Shown here piece by piece: positions 38,262-50,866 of a stretch of 64,000 bases of DNA; positions within the stretch are counted from its first letter, which is position 1, and every line of letters starts with the position of its first letter. The position numbers and the translations under genes are program-made. Source of the DNA: Scyliorhinus canicula (taxonomy: Eukaryota). The notes under the pieces are model-generated. The model was given only the letters and a program-made list of their open reading frames with translations, did not search any database and was not told the DNA's origin. The stretch spans positions 159,566,754 to 159,630,753 of the forward strand of contig NC_052154.1 of assembly GCF_902713615.1 (NCBI RefSeq). The letters are read 5' to 3'.

Positions 38262-41200
38262 GTAAATACTAATGCTAAGTGCATAGTTTCTGTTCTTATC
38301 AGTTTAATTTGAACTCAGTCATATTTTTTTAATTTATTGGGTTTTTTGCACATGGTATATTTACAGGTGTACACAAAGAGAAACAAAAAGCGGGTAATGA
38401 AAACAAAAACACGATATAGATAGCAAAACCACATCAATAATAATAAAAAACAAAAAACCAAGGGGTGGGAAAGTAAAAGCTGGGGAAGTGTTTATACATA
38501 GAAGCACTGGAGAGACAATTACATTGTAGATGTCTTCGGGGCTTCCCCCCACCTTCTTTTCTTCTGTTATTTTACCGAAGAGAGTACATACAACACTGGC
38601 AATACAAATTAAAACTGGGTGGGGGATGTTGCTTGCTTCTCTTCGTTGGTTTTCACTGTAGTTGTTGTGTGTTTTCTTCCACTTCAGCTGTCCATCATTT
38701 CTTCCTCCTGTACTTTTTTATTCTCTATTGTCCTGCTGTGTTCGTTATGTTTGTTGTCCCTTCCCCTGCTCTCCATCCAGCTTATGTTCCCTCGTTTTTC
38801 CATACCTCTGGCTCCTCTCTGTTGTTCTTTGCCTCCCGTCCTTCCTACTTCCGTCCCGTCCCTCCCTACCCCCCTTTCCCCTCCCCCCTCATCCCTCTCC
38901 CTCCCTGCAGCTCCCCTTTTTTCTTATGTGTTTGGTAGCCTCTTCTTTCACTGGTCTCTCCCCCCCCCCCCCCAAGAGGTGGGCTCTGGGGTCGGGGTGG
39001 ACTGGCACGGAACACCATTGCCGGAGCTGGCAAGGCAACTATGCAGCTGCACACGCCACTAACAGCCCACTGTGAAGATAGGCCCCCTGGACCCGCCCCT
39101 ACCAGGTGCCCTCTGGCCCCAGCCGACTATATGGGCATGCTCCAGCACAACGAGTGCCATCTTGTTGGCTGGGATGTGTGTGTGGGGAGTGCAGTGTGTA
39201 TATGCGGCTGCAGCTTTTCAGCCTCCTGAGTGTCAATCACGGACCTGGCGAATCCTGCACCACTTTCCATTGGAATCGATTGTGCTTCACATGGCGCCAG
39301 TGCTAGCCCCTCAACAGTAACGGAATCAGTCCAGGTTCGGCGCCAGTTGTTGCTGTCATGAAAATCCATTAATTCCTTCCCGCCGTCAACACTTAGGGCG
39401 CGATTCTCCTCCCCCCCCCCCCCCCCCCCCCCCCCCACGCCGGGTGGGAGAATAGCGGGAGGGCCTCCCGACATTTTTCACACCCTCCCGCTATTCTCCC
39501 CCCCCTCCACGCCTGACCCATGCCACGAATGGCCGCTCGCTGTTTTTATGGTGAGCGGCGATTCTCCGAGGCTGATGGGCCGAGTGGCCGGGCCTTCGCG
39601 CCTGTTTCAACATGGCAGCAAACACACCTGCTTGCTGCCGTCATGAAATGGGCGCCAGATGCCCGTTTGGGGCATCTGGGGGCCCAAATGGCACGGCCGT
39701 ACCACGGCCATGCCAAGGGGGGCATAGGCCCGCGATCGGTGCCCACTGATCGCGGGCCGTGCGTCCATAACGGACGCACTCTTTTCCCTCCGCCGCCCGC
39801 AAGATCAAGACGTGGCGGCTGAGGGAAAGACGGCAACTGCGCATGCGCGGGTTGACGTTATCCAACCTGCGCATGCGCGGCCGATGTTATCGGCCGCGTC
39901 AGCCGGCGTGATGCTTGACGTGCGGCCTTGACGACCGTCGCCAAGGCCGCGCTGCCGTGATGCACGGGGCCGCGCTCCTAGCCCCGCCCAGGTGAGAGAA
40001 TCGGTCCCAGAAGTGGGCGTGAAGGCTGCCGTGGGTCACGGCCTGTCCTACAGCAGCCTTCACGATTCTCCGCATTTGCGGAGAATCTCGCCCTTAGTCT
40101 CAGGAATAGAGAATCCAGCCCCAGAGTTTTATAAAGGTTCAGCATAACCTGCTTGCTTTTGTACTCCATACCTCTTCTTATCTTGTCTGGAATCCTATTT
40201 GCTTTGCTAACTGCTCTCTCAATATGTCCTGCCTCCTTCAAAGATCTACGCATCAGAACTTTTGTCGCAGCACACTCTTTGGAACTGTGCCATTAAAATA
40301 GATTGCCTCTCCTTGTCCTATCTGTTTAAAATACATCACTTCACACAAGACCTGACATGGCAGATGGGGGTCAGCCAGCCAAAAGTCCATTGACTTCAGC
40401 AGCACCGTTAAATCCCTCTGGTGGGCAGCACCGGTAAAACACGCTATATCCTTGTGCAGTTGATTGGTAACATTTGCAGTGTTTGCCACATTCCAAGTTT
40501 GGCATCATTGGCAAACTTAGAAATTTTTGTATTCCAATATCTAAGCAATTTATACGTAATGGTCCTACCACTGACCCTTGGAAACACCACTGTTTGTCAT
40601 CCTTCAGTCTGAAAAACAGCCATTTACCATAACTTGCATGTTTTGAACCTAAAGCTACATTTTTCTCCAAGCTGACACTGACTCTCTTATTAGATGGGTA
40701 GCCGTTGATAGTGATGGTGTTTCCCGTCCCTCCACCAAAAATGTTGGTGCGGAGTTCTTCCCTGCTTTGTAAGGTAGCTTCTCGGCTATTTAATGCTCTG
40801 AGGGGCAAGGTCTGTCTCCGAGAGCTGCTGGTCCTCTGATTGGCTGGCAGTTCTCTGAACCCAACAGCACCACTGCATCTAGTCCCAGTGCAGAAAAGCC
40901 AGGAACCAGATATAAGGTACGCCAAGTGGGCTGGTCACTTACAGGTCTCAATTGGGGTGATAGTGAATGGGCCACGTTGGCCCGCAGCCCACCCACCCCC
41001 CCCTCCCCAACCCTCCATTCCAAAAGTCCTACTTGACATTGTTCCTTGTTCTTCTCCGTAACATGTGATACAATAATCACTCTTTTTAAAAATAAATTTA
41101 GAGTACCCAATTCATTTCTTCCAATTAAGGGGCAATTTAGCGCGGCCAGTCCACCTAACCTGAACATCTTTGGGTTGTGGGGGCGAAACCCACGCAAACA

Positions 41201-41804
41201 CGAGGAGAATATGCAAACTCCACACGGACAGTGACTCAGAGCCGGGATCGAACCTGGGACCTCGTGGCCGTGAGATTGCAGTGCTACCACTGTGCCACCG
41301 TGCTGCCCTAACAATGATCACTCTTACCCAAGTGGTCCCCATAGATATATGGGGCGGGATTCTCCGTTTCTGAGACCCAGTCCTGGCACCAACAGTGACT
41401 ACGTGAACTTGTACGACAAAAGAAATCGGTGCTGCCGGTGAGGGGCTAGCACAGGTGCCACATGGAACACCATCGATTCCCATGAAAAATGGTGCAGGAG
41501 TCGCCGGGTCCGTGATCGACACTCGCAGGACAGACAAGGTACTGCCGCACATAAACATATACTCCCCTCACACACTTATCAAAGCCAACAAGATGGGACA
41601 GGTTGTGCTGGAGCGCCCACACAGCTGCTGGGTTGGCTGGAGCCAGAGGGCACCCAGGAGGGTGCCCCAGGCAGGACAGCTATACGACTCAGGGTATTAG
41701 GTTTAAAGCGGGCTGTTAGCGGCATGCACAGCTGCACGCCCCGAGTTGTCACAATCAGGAGTTTGTGTGCCTGTTAATATATTTTGATTGTATTGTTGTT
41801 TCAG

Positions 41805-41882
41805 TGCCAAGCAAACAAGAGGAAAGTAAAGATGATAGCGGCAAAGCTCTTCTTGCAGACCTACATTCTCGCCTTGCAAGAG
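41805..41882 (+). CDS. 78-bp phase 1-1 post-TM exon, copy A2
   Basis: Same as 38184 apart from one synonymous change (AGT/AGC). Confidence 0.6.
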
Positions 41883-42429
41883 GTAAATACTAATGCTAAG
41901 TGCATAGTTTCTGTTCCTATCAGTTTAATTTGAACTCAGTCATATTTTTTTAATTTATTGGGTTTTTTGCACATGGTATATTTACAGGTGTACACAAAGA
42001 GAAACAAAAAGCGGGTAATGAAAACAAAAACACGATATAGATAGCAAAACCACATCAATAATAATAAAAAACAAAAAACCAAGGGGTGGGAAAGTAAAAG
42101 CTGGGGAAGTGTTTATACATAGAAGCACTGGAGAGACAATTACATTGTAGATGTCTTCGGGGCTTCCCCCCACCTTCTTTTCTTCTGTTTTTTTACCGAA
42201 GAGAGTACATACAACACCGGCAATACAAATTAAAACTGGGTGGGGGATGTTGCTTGCTTCTCTTCGTTGGTTTTCACTGTAGTTGTTGTGTGTTTGCTTC
42301 CACTTCAGCTGTCCGTCATTTCTTCCTCCTGTACTTTTTTATTCTCTATTGTCCTGCTGTGTTCGTTATGTTTGTTGTCCCTTCCCCTGCTCTCCATCCA
42401 GCTTATGTTCCCTCGTTTTTCCATACCTC

Positions 42430-42580
42430 TGGCTCCTCTCTGTTGTTCTTTGCCTCCCGTCCTTCCTACTTCTGTCCCGTCCCTCCCTACCCCCCTTTCC
42501 CCTCCCCCCTCATCCATCTCCCTCCCTGCAGCTCCCCTTTTTTCTTATGTGTTTGGTACCCTCTTCTTGCACTGGTCTCT

Positions 42581-42612
<32 letters not shown>

Positions 42613-43460
42613 ACCCGCCTGGGTCTTTCCTCCCTTCCGTCTCTTATGTTTTGGATACTTTCCCCTAGGTCTTGGCTAGTTGATTATTTATTTGTTCGTT
42701 GGCCACAAACAGGTCCCAGAACAGTTGGGTGAATGGCTCCCATGTTCTGAAGAAGCCATTTTCTGACCCCCGGGTGGGAATTTGATTTTCTCCATTTGGA
42801 GAAATTCTGAGAGGTCGGACAGCCAGTCTGCTGCTTTAGGTGGTGCTGCTGACAGCCAGCTGAGCAGTAGGTGATCAGGGAGGCAAAGGCAAGGGCGTCT
42901 GCCCTTCTCCCCATGAAGAGGTCTGGCTGCCTGATACCCCGAAGATCACCACTTTCGGGCATGGCTGCACCCTCGTCCCCGCCACTTTGAACATTGCCTC
43001 GAAGAAGGCTGTCCAATACCCAGCAAGACCAGAACAGGTGGGCGTGGCTTGCCAGCCTCCTTGGCACCGTTCACATCTGTCCTCCATCTCTGGGAAGAAG
43101 CTACTAATTCAGGTTTTTGTAAAGTGGGCTCTATGTATCACCTTTAGATGCGTTAGGTTGAGTCTTGCGCATGTGGAGGTGGAGTTGACCCTATGTAGTG
43201 CTTCACTGGAGAGTCCCCACCCTATTTTGAGCCCCCGGTCTTCCTCCCATTTCTTCCTTGTTGCGTCCAGTACAGTGCCTGCCCTCTCTACCAGTCGTTT
43301 GTACATGTTGCTATAGTTTCCTCTGCCTAGAATGTTTGCATCCAGTAACTCCTCTGGTAGTGTCTGTCGTGGTGGGCATGGGTACACCCTTGTCTCCTTC
43401 CATGGGAAGTTGTTATGCTACAGATACCTGAGTCTGTTGTCCTTAGCTAGCTGAAATTTC
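42430..43460 (-). mobile_element. L1 3' fragment
   Basis: LHRVNSTSTCARLNLTHLKVIHRAH; 5' portion of this fragment is also copied at ~38810-38970. Confidence 0.75.
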
Positions 43461-44018
43461 TCCGTCAGTTTATCCAGTGTTGCTCAGTTATATATTTAAC
43501 AACAATTAGGAGACAGATCATTTCAGGATGAATTTCAATGGGAGAGGGTCATTCCAAACTTCTCATTATCCATATTCAAAGTTTCAAAAGTTGGTTCAAA
43601 ATCACATAAGAAATTCTCGGGCAGTGACTGAAATGCAGATGTTCTGGAGATTATTATAAAAATATACACATCAAGGTCCCCAAAACAACAGATAACAGGT
43701 GAATAGGGCACTCAATATAACTCATACCTCTGCCACACTGTGTTAACTCAGCATTATTACAATCACGCAGCTCTACCTTGAGATGTTTTCCTGTATGGTT
43801 ATACTCTGCAACCGCAAAACAGAAATGTAAATATTTTTATTCAGAACTCGCATCTTACTGAGGAGGATTCAGGCCAATTCCACATCCAACAACATGTTCT
43901 GAAAGCACTGTTCATATTATTGTCAATTCAGTTCCTAATTTATGTCTAAATAAGAATGCAAAGGAGAGAGCTCAAAGATAAAAGAGTTTATATCACAGTA
44001 ATTACTTTTGTTTTGTAG

Positions 44019-44190
44019 TTCTGCCCACAATTCGAGATATTAAGAAACTGGATGGAATCAGACACAGAGAACCAGCCAATCTGAGTTGGGATGTTACTGT
44101 GTTCAGTCCAGAGTGGGTGAACATTGTTACATCGGTGAAGAGGAAAGGGGAGCAGGAAGCAAAACAGTTACGTCACTGGGAAATTACAGC
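44019..44190 (+). pseudogene. Truncated paralog of the Cys-less C1-like exon
   Basis: TTTGTAG|TT CTG CCC ACA...; LPTIRDIKKLDGIRHREPANLSWDVTVFSPEWVNIVTSVKRKGEQEAKQLRHWEITA; homology to 46314 ends at ~44190 with no matching donor. Confidence 0.7.
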
Positions 44191-44804
44191 ATCAGCCATC
44201 CACGTTTTTCAGGCGTCACCTCATTTTAAATTGATTCTACAGCAAAATAGTGCAATGCACACAGGAAAATATGAGTTGGATTGTGAGATAACGATGATAT
44301 ACTTCAAACTCTGAAGCCATAGACTGCCTTGATAGTCGTAAATTTGACTCTTGGGCAGAGTCCACTGATCAGGGAAGCTGCAGTACTGCTGTTTCTGTTA
44401 CAGTCTAAACAGGATTCAGTGAAAATTTAAAAATATACCTCTCTCCCAAGTCGAAACATTTCTTTTCATAAAGTTTTCATAGAATTTACAATGCTGAACG
44501 AGGCCATTTGGCCCATCGAGTCTGTACCAGCCCTTGGAAAGAGCATCCTACCTAAGCCCATACCTCCACCCTATACCCACACTGTATGTTCTCCCTGTGT
44601 TTGCGTGGGTTTCCTCCGGATGCTCCGGCTTCCTCCCACAATTCCCAAAGGAGTGCTTTTCAGATGAATTGGACATTCTGAATTCTCCCTCAGTGTACCC
44701 GATCAGGCACCAGAGTGTGGCGACTAGGGGATTTTCACAGTAACTTCATTGCAATGTTAATGTAAGCCTACTTGTGGCACTAATAAAGATTATTACTGTT
44801 ATTA

Positions 44805-45046
44805 CCTCCACCCTATCCCCGTAACCCCACCTAACCTTTTTTGGACACTAAGGGCAATTTAGAATACCCAATCCATGTAACCTGTACATCTTTGGGCTGT
44901 GGGAGGAAACCGAAGCACCCGGAGGAAACCCACGCAAACGGGGAGAACGAGCAGACTCCGCACAGACAGTGACCCAAGCTGGGAATCGAACCTGGGACCC
45001 TGCAGCTGTGAGCAACTGTGCTAACCACTAATCTACTATGCTGCCC
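44805..45046 (-). mobile_element. tRNA-derived SINE (adjacent to a + strand SINE at ~44585-44795)
   Basis: GGGCAGCATAGTAG..GGTTAGCACAG..GGTTCGATTCCC on minus. Confidence 0.8.
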
Positions 45047-46313
45047 TACAAGTTCAAGTAACTTGATGTAATGTTAGACCAAAGCTGATGCCATAGCCAT
45101 TCTGAATACTAGATTTCATAATGAAACATTGTATTTGTGCATTGGCTCGGTATTAAATTTAACTTTATGAATGAACTCGCTTTTCTTTGAACAGGATCAG
45201 TTCAGGGCGGCAATCGCCACCCAGAGAGAAAATGGCACAAAAGATCAAGTGATCTTAGGGATCATTTTTGGTGACCCATTTTTCAACACCCAGGACCCAC
45301 TGGTGGGTCGGGACCCTCACTTTGGAAAACACTGATATCGATAATCTAAGGGTGAATTTCAATGAGGGAACAACTTTCCCAATGTTTTATAATCCAGGCC
45401 TAAAGTTTCTAAAGTTGGTTAATAAAAGGATGCATAAAAGGGGCAACATTCCCGATGTACTAGAGATAGTTATTGTCTTCAGCATTTCATTGTCCCACCA
45501 ATAATGAGTAAAAAAAATTTCTGGTGGGGTTGTTTGTGGCTGAAGGATTTTTACTTTAACCACAGAGCTCGTTCATCCTTATGAATGTGTCCTATTTCGC
45601 TTCTACCTGAGAAGTCACGGGATGTCCTTAGTTTACTTCAAGGTTTAGAAGTTGGCACCTGGAACTATGCAGCACTTTCCCTCCATTGAGCAATGAAGTA
45701 TCATTTGGATTCCATGAAAAAGAAGAATGTTACTAAATTAAGCAAGTGGATAACGGAAGGTCCTTTAGAAAGATAGGTCTTGGTGCCGGGTTTCAACAAA
45801 ATTGTCACCATAGTGAATACATTCCACTCACCAGTACATTATATGCTACTGAATACACAGTTAATTCAGAATTTCTTATGATTTTGCAACAACTATCTGA
45901 ACATCCTGGTGTCCTCAATTCAATAAATAATGAAACAGAACACTTTGTGTGTATTGGCACAGTTAAGTCAATCGTTGGTCTGCAGTTTGTGAATCCTACA
46001 GGTTCAAATTAGCATTATATATGAAACTGCTAATACATGAGTAACATCAGGTGACCCATTCAAAGAGGTTCTAACAATGGCTCATCAGCCTATGAATAAA
46101 CTATTTTGGAACGAAGGAACAACATCAATTTGAGAACATGCCACAGGCACTTCTGCGAAATTGAAATAGCAACAAATAAGAAAAAAGCAATCATAACCTA
46201 ATTCTTCAATGAATGTTGCTGCTAATTCAGTTTGTAATTGGTTTAAACAAGAATGCTTAGGGGAGAATTGGAACAAATGGGTTTCTGTCATATTAATACA
46301 TTTTGTTTTGTAG

Positions 46314-46736
46314 TTCCACCCTCAATCGGTGATATTGAGAAACCGGATGAAATCAGACACTGTGAGACAGTCAATCTGAGTTGGGATGTTGCTGTGTTCA
46401 GTCCAGAGGTGATGACCATTGTTACATCGGTGAAGAGGAAAGGGGAGCAGGAAGCAAAACAGTTATTTTCCTGGGAAATTACAGCAGAGCAAGTGTCAGG
46501 ACCAAAGCGTGTAACTACTCCGCTAAAACATAAACCGAATTTGTGCAAGAAAGATGATTCCTTCACAGCTGAGGTTCCAGATTTACAACGCATGTCTGAT
46601 GGATGTTTCCTTATCCCCTGCTCCATTTCACTGAGGCCTGATATATCCAAGGACGATGGTGCTGAGTTAATCATTGAAGTTACACAGGATTCGGAGGAAA
46701 CTCAGAGTAAAAGCACAGTACTAGAAATCACAGCAG
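46314..46736 (+). CDS. Extended C1-like Ig exon lacking the canonical Cys pair
   Basis: TTTGTAG|TT CCA CCC...GCA G|GTAATT, 423 bp, phase 1-1, open; PPSIG..VNLSWDVAVFSPE..DLQRMSDGCFLIPCSISLRPDISKDDGAELIIEVTQ. Confidence 0.75.
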
Positions 46737-47610
46737 GTAATTTCTACATTTTACACATCAGACAAACTCCTGTGCAATGGTGGTGAAAACCTTTAGCTGC
46801 AAGTTGGGACACCAATATAAAGATAGCTTGAAATGTTATTTCCCTTTAATATTCCAATACGATTTGGCAAATCTGATATAGTTTGCAATTTTGGAGCCAC
46901 AGTACAATAATTTGGTCAGAAGTAGTTTCCTGCTTTATATGAGAATTGTAGGAATTCCTGAGCTAAATGCCCATTACCAGATTTATATCAGTATACTGTG
47001 GGTAGTGTGCTGGATGTCAATGTCGATTGAAATATGTGCAGTAAATATTGGTGCTCTCTGAAACAGTTTAAGAAATCATTGGCTGCACATAGGAACTATC
47101 ATCCTCCAGCAATATAACTGGTAGACATTAATTTCTACAATTGTCCTCAGCTTCTTCTGCTGCTTTACTGTTAGCTTCTAGCTTGTATTTTACATTTCAT
47201 CCTGCTGACCTTTAAGTGACCCATGATAACTGCATTTTTATCAATGTCATGCTTGGCAACTATCCTGGTACCACACATGTGGCTGAGAAAAAAGTCAGAT
47301 TCTGGATCCTGGATTCACTGCTAGTACTCTTCCCAAACATAGGAAATGGATAACGTGGGGGAAACTGCTTGGCTGCGCACATGTATGTAATGACTAAGAA
47401 TGAATCAGGAATGGATCTGTAGTGGATTTTTCATATCATTCCTGGATGAAGTTTGATGACAACTGTAATGTCCCACAATGGGCGTGGAGGTCAGATCTTG
47501 TGAAATGTTGACATTTCCCCCCATTTTCTTGAGTTCTGGCTTCTCCGTCCATGGTAATTGACCCTACATTGGATAGACATTCTTGAATTGTGACAGAAAA
47601 CACTCAGGAT

Positions 47611-47821
47611 GGGGCAGCATGGTGGCTGTGGTTAGCACTGCTGCCCCACGGCGCTGAGGTTCCAGGTTCGATCCCGGCTCTGGGTCACTGTCCGTGTGGA
47701 GTTGCACATTCTCCCTGTGTTTGCGTGGGTTTCGTGGGATGCACAGGGTTGCGGATTGGCCATACCAAATTGCCCCTTAATTGGAAAAAATGAATTAGGT
47801 ACTCAAAAATTATTTAAAAAA
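47611..47821 (+). mobile_element. tRNA-derived SINE with 16-bp TSD
   Basis: TSD AGAAAACACTCAGGAT at 47595-47610 and 47822-47837. Confidence 0.92.
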
Positions 47822-48132
47822 AGAAAACACTCAGGATAATATGTATTCAAGCTGTCATTGTAGTCAGTGAGTGAAACCTTGTTCCTTATCTTCTGCTGTT
47901 CTTCAGCTGAGATTATTGTTAAAAACTGTGGAAATGTAATGTTTTCTTGATGAGAAATCAGAATTCATGTTTGGACAGATTTTATTCTGCCAGTTGTTTT
48001 GAGTGATGTTTACGGGCATCATTATAGTGAATATTGCTGCAGCCCTTAAAACCTTTCATTATACATCTGTCTAAAAAACTACCCAGATTGTAATCACCTA
48101 TCCTGTTTCTGCTGTTAGTATTTCTTCACCCA

Positions 48133-48351
48133 GGGCAGCACGGTGACTCAGTGGTAGCACTGCAGTCTAACGGCACCGAGGTCCCAGGTTCGATCCCGGC
48201 TCTGGGTCACTCTCCGTGTGAAGTTTGTACTTTGTCCCCGTGTGCTTTGCACCCACAACCCAAAGATGTGCAAGGTAGGTGAATTGAACATGCTAAATTG
48301 CCCCTTAATTGGTAAAAATGAATTGGGTACATTAAATTTATTTTTAAAAAA
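48133..48351 (+). mobile_element. tRNA-derived SINE
   Basis: Head GGGCAGCACGGTG; flanking AGTATTTCTT(C/T)ACCCA duplication. Confidence 0.85.
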
Positions 48352-48514
48352 GTATTTCTTTACCCAAATCTGTGGAATTCCCGCTCTAGTGAAGCAGTTA
48401 TGACTACGTCATTGAATGTTTTTAGGGAAAATATAGATAGATCTTTGAACAGTAAAGCAATTAAGAGTTATGGTGAGCCAGCAGGTAAGTGGAGCTGAGT
48501 CCACAAAAAGATCA

Positions 48515-49090
48515 GGGGCGGGATTCTCCCCTACCTGGCGGGGCGGGGGGTCCCGGAGTAGCGGGGTGGCGCCAAGTACTCCGGCGTCGGGCCTCCCCAA
48601 AGGTGCGGAATACTTTGTTGGCACCACGCCGACCTGCGCCATAACCGGCACCAACGGCCTTTGACGCCCGGCGCCGGGGCTTCGCTGGTTCGCGCATTCG
48701 CCGTTGGTGACGTCACCACCGGCGCATGCCCGTTGGAGGATTCTCTTCTGCCTCCGCCATGGTGTAGGCCGTGGCGGCGGCGGAAGAAAAAGAGTGCCCC
48801 CACGGCACTGGCCACCGTGGGGGCACCCCCCGGGTCTATTCGCCCCCCCAGGACACCGGGGACCGCTCGCGCCACCGATCCCGCCACCACCAGAGGTGGT
48901 TCAAACATCGGCGGCGGGAGAGGCCTCCCAGCGGCGTGACTTCGGCCCATCGCGGGCCGGAGAATTGCCGCAGGGGGCTCGCCGCTCGACGTGGCGCGAT
49001 TCCCACCCCCGCCAATTCCCGGGTGGCACAGAATTTCTGCCACGGCGGGGGCGGGATTTTCAGCGACCCCGGGCGATTCTCCGACCCCAC
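48515..49090. mobile_element. Harbinger-type MITE (composite)
   Basis: GGGGCGGGATTCTCC start; body homologous to 16277-16900 and 61400-61715; right end unclear. Confidence 0.7.
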
Positions 49091-49099
49091 GCATCTCCT

Positions 49100-49270
49100 G
49101 ATGTGGAGATGCCGGCGTTGGACTGGGGTGAGCACGGTAAGAAGTCTTACAACACCAGGTTAAAGTCCAACAGGTTTGTTTCAAACACGAGTCTTAAAAA
49201 CGAGTGCGCCGAGAGCCCGTGTTTGAAACAAACCTGTTGTACTTTAACCTGGTGTTGTAAGACTTCTCAC
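49100..49270. mobile_element. Penelope-like inverted-repeat fragment
   Basis: AAGTCTTACAACACCAGGTTAAAGTCCAACAGGTTTGTTTCAAACACG...CGTGTTTGAAACAAACCTGTTGTACTTTAACCTGGTGTTGTAAGACTT hairpin. Confidence 0.65.
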
Positions 49271-49809
49271 AAAAAGATCAGCAACGATCTTATTGAATGA
49301 TAGAGCGAGATCGAGGGGGCAGATCACCTAACCCTGCTCCCAGTTCCTATGTTCTTTTGTTCCTATATTTCCCAAAGATTAACGGGCGTGATTCTCCCAA
49401 AGGGAGACAAAGGGCGCGATTCTCCGCTCTCACGCCGGTTCGGAGAATAGCACGCCACGCGATTTTCACGGCGACGCCGGTCCGACGCCCTCCCGCTATT
49501 CTCCGAACCCCGCACAAACTACACGTTGGCATTCCCGGCAAAGGTCTCGACAGACCCCCCCAACACGACCAGAAGCCCGACTTTTTGGCCCCACGCTATT
49601 CTCTGGCCCAGATGGGCCGAAGTCCCGACGTCATCACCCAATGTTTTCACGCCAGCCAACACACCGGCTTTTCAAGTTTGTCAACCAGTCATGCTGGCTG
49701 ACGAGAGCATCGAGGAGGTGAGCGCACCGCTCAGCGCAAAGCTCAGCGCACTGCTGTAGTCTGGCCACAACGGGGAAGGCATCCCCGAGAACGGGAAGGA
49801 GGTCCAGAG

Positions 49810-50595
49810 CGGGGGGGGAGGGGGACGGGGGGGACCGGGGGGAGGGGGGGGACGGAGGGGGGGATGGAGGGGGGGAGTGTGGGAGACGGAGGGGGGAGTG
49901 GGGGAGACTGAGTGGGGGAGACTGAGGGGGGAGTGGGAGACGGAGGGGTGGAGTGTGGGAGACGGAGGGGGGAGTGTGTGAGACTGAGGGGGGGAGTATG
50001 GGAGACTGAGGGGGGAGTGGGGGAGACTGAGGGGGGGAGTGGGAGACGGAGGAGGGGAGTGTGAGAGACGGAGGAGGGGAGTGTGGGAGACTGAGGGGGG
50101 AGTGGGAGACTGAGGGGGGAGTGTGAGAGACGGAGGAGGGGAGTGTGGGAGACTGAGGGGGGTGTGGGAGACTGAGGGGGGGAGTGTGGGAGACGGAGGG
50201 GGGGAGTGGGGGAGACTGAGGGGGGTGTGGGGGAGACAGAGGAGGGGAGTGGGAGACGGAGGGGGGGAGTGGGGGAGACTGAGGGGGGAGTGGGAGACTG
50301 AGGGGGGTGTGGGGGAGACAGAGGAGGGGAGTGGGAGACGGAGGGGGGGAGTGGGGGAGACTGAGGGGGGAGTGGGGGAGACTGAGGGGGGAGTGTGGGA
50401 GACGGAGGGGAGGTGTGGGAGACGGAGGGGGGGAGTGTGGGAGACTGAGGGGGGAGTGGGGGAGACTGAGGGGGGAGTGTGGGACTGAGGGGGGGAGGGG
50501 AGTGACTGAGGGGGGAGTGTGGGAGACTGAGGGGGGAGACTGAGGGGGGAGTGGGAGACTGAGGGGGGAGTGGGAGTGGGGGAGTAGGGAGAGAG
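49810..50595. repeat. G-rich minisatellite (GGGAGAC[T/G]GAGGGGGGAGT[GT] variants)
   Basis: Dozens of imperfect ~19-23-bp units, highly G/A-biased on +. Confidence 0.95.
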
Positions 50596-50866
50596 TGAGC
50601 GAGTGACTCGTCCAACCCCGGTTACAAAATGTCTGCCACCATGCCATGGCGTGCCGGTCACGAGGACACGGCCGCTGGTTTCCCTGTGCCTTACGGCCAC
50701 AGGCCACTGATGCACCGGTGAGGAGGACGTAGTTAACTGCCCGTTGGATGCAGAAAGTGATCAGGGGTTAGGCTGCCCGCCTGGCAGCAGCGCGACCAGG
50801 CCACCGGGACACACAGGTATCCCATGGCTGGCGGCTGCCGAGGTGTCGACTAACCTCCGTCTAACA

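Larger units (their letters stand above)
35355..42590 (+). repeat. Tandem duplication, two units of ~3.62 kb
   Basis: Identical ORF sets offset by 3621-3623 bp (35420/39041, 36355/39978, 38361/41982); junction at 38975/38976. Confidence 0.95.

Noticed and set aside
45195-45275. Short + strand terminal exon (GAACAG|GA TCA GTT...TGA)
   Set aside because: No homology to other exons and it runs into a hAT MITE remnant; cannot be supported without transcripts.
47611-47700. tRNA genes (here and at other GGTGGTTAGCACTG..GGTTCGATCCC sites)
   Set aside because: They are SINE heads followed by a SINE body, A-rich tail and TSDs, without a full cloverleaf.
49634-50715. Long Pro/Ser-rich ORFs (290-357 aa)
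   Set aside because: Artefact of the stop-free G-rich minisatellite.
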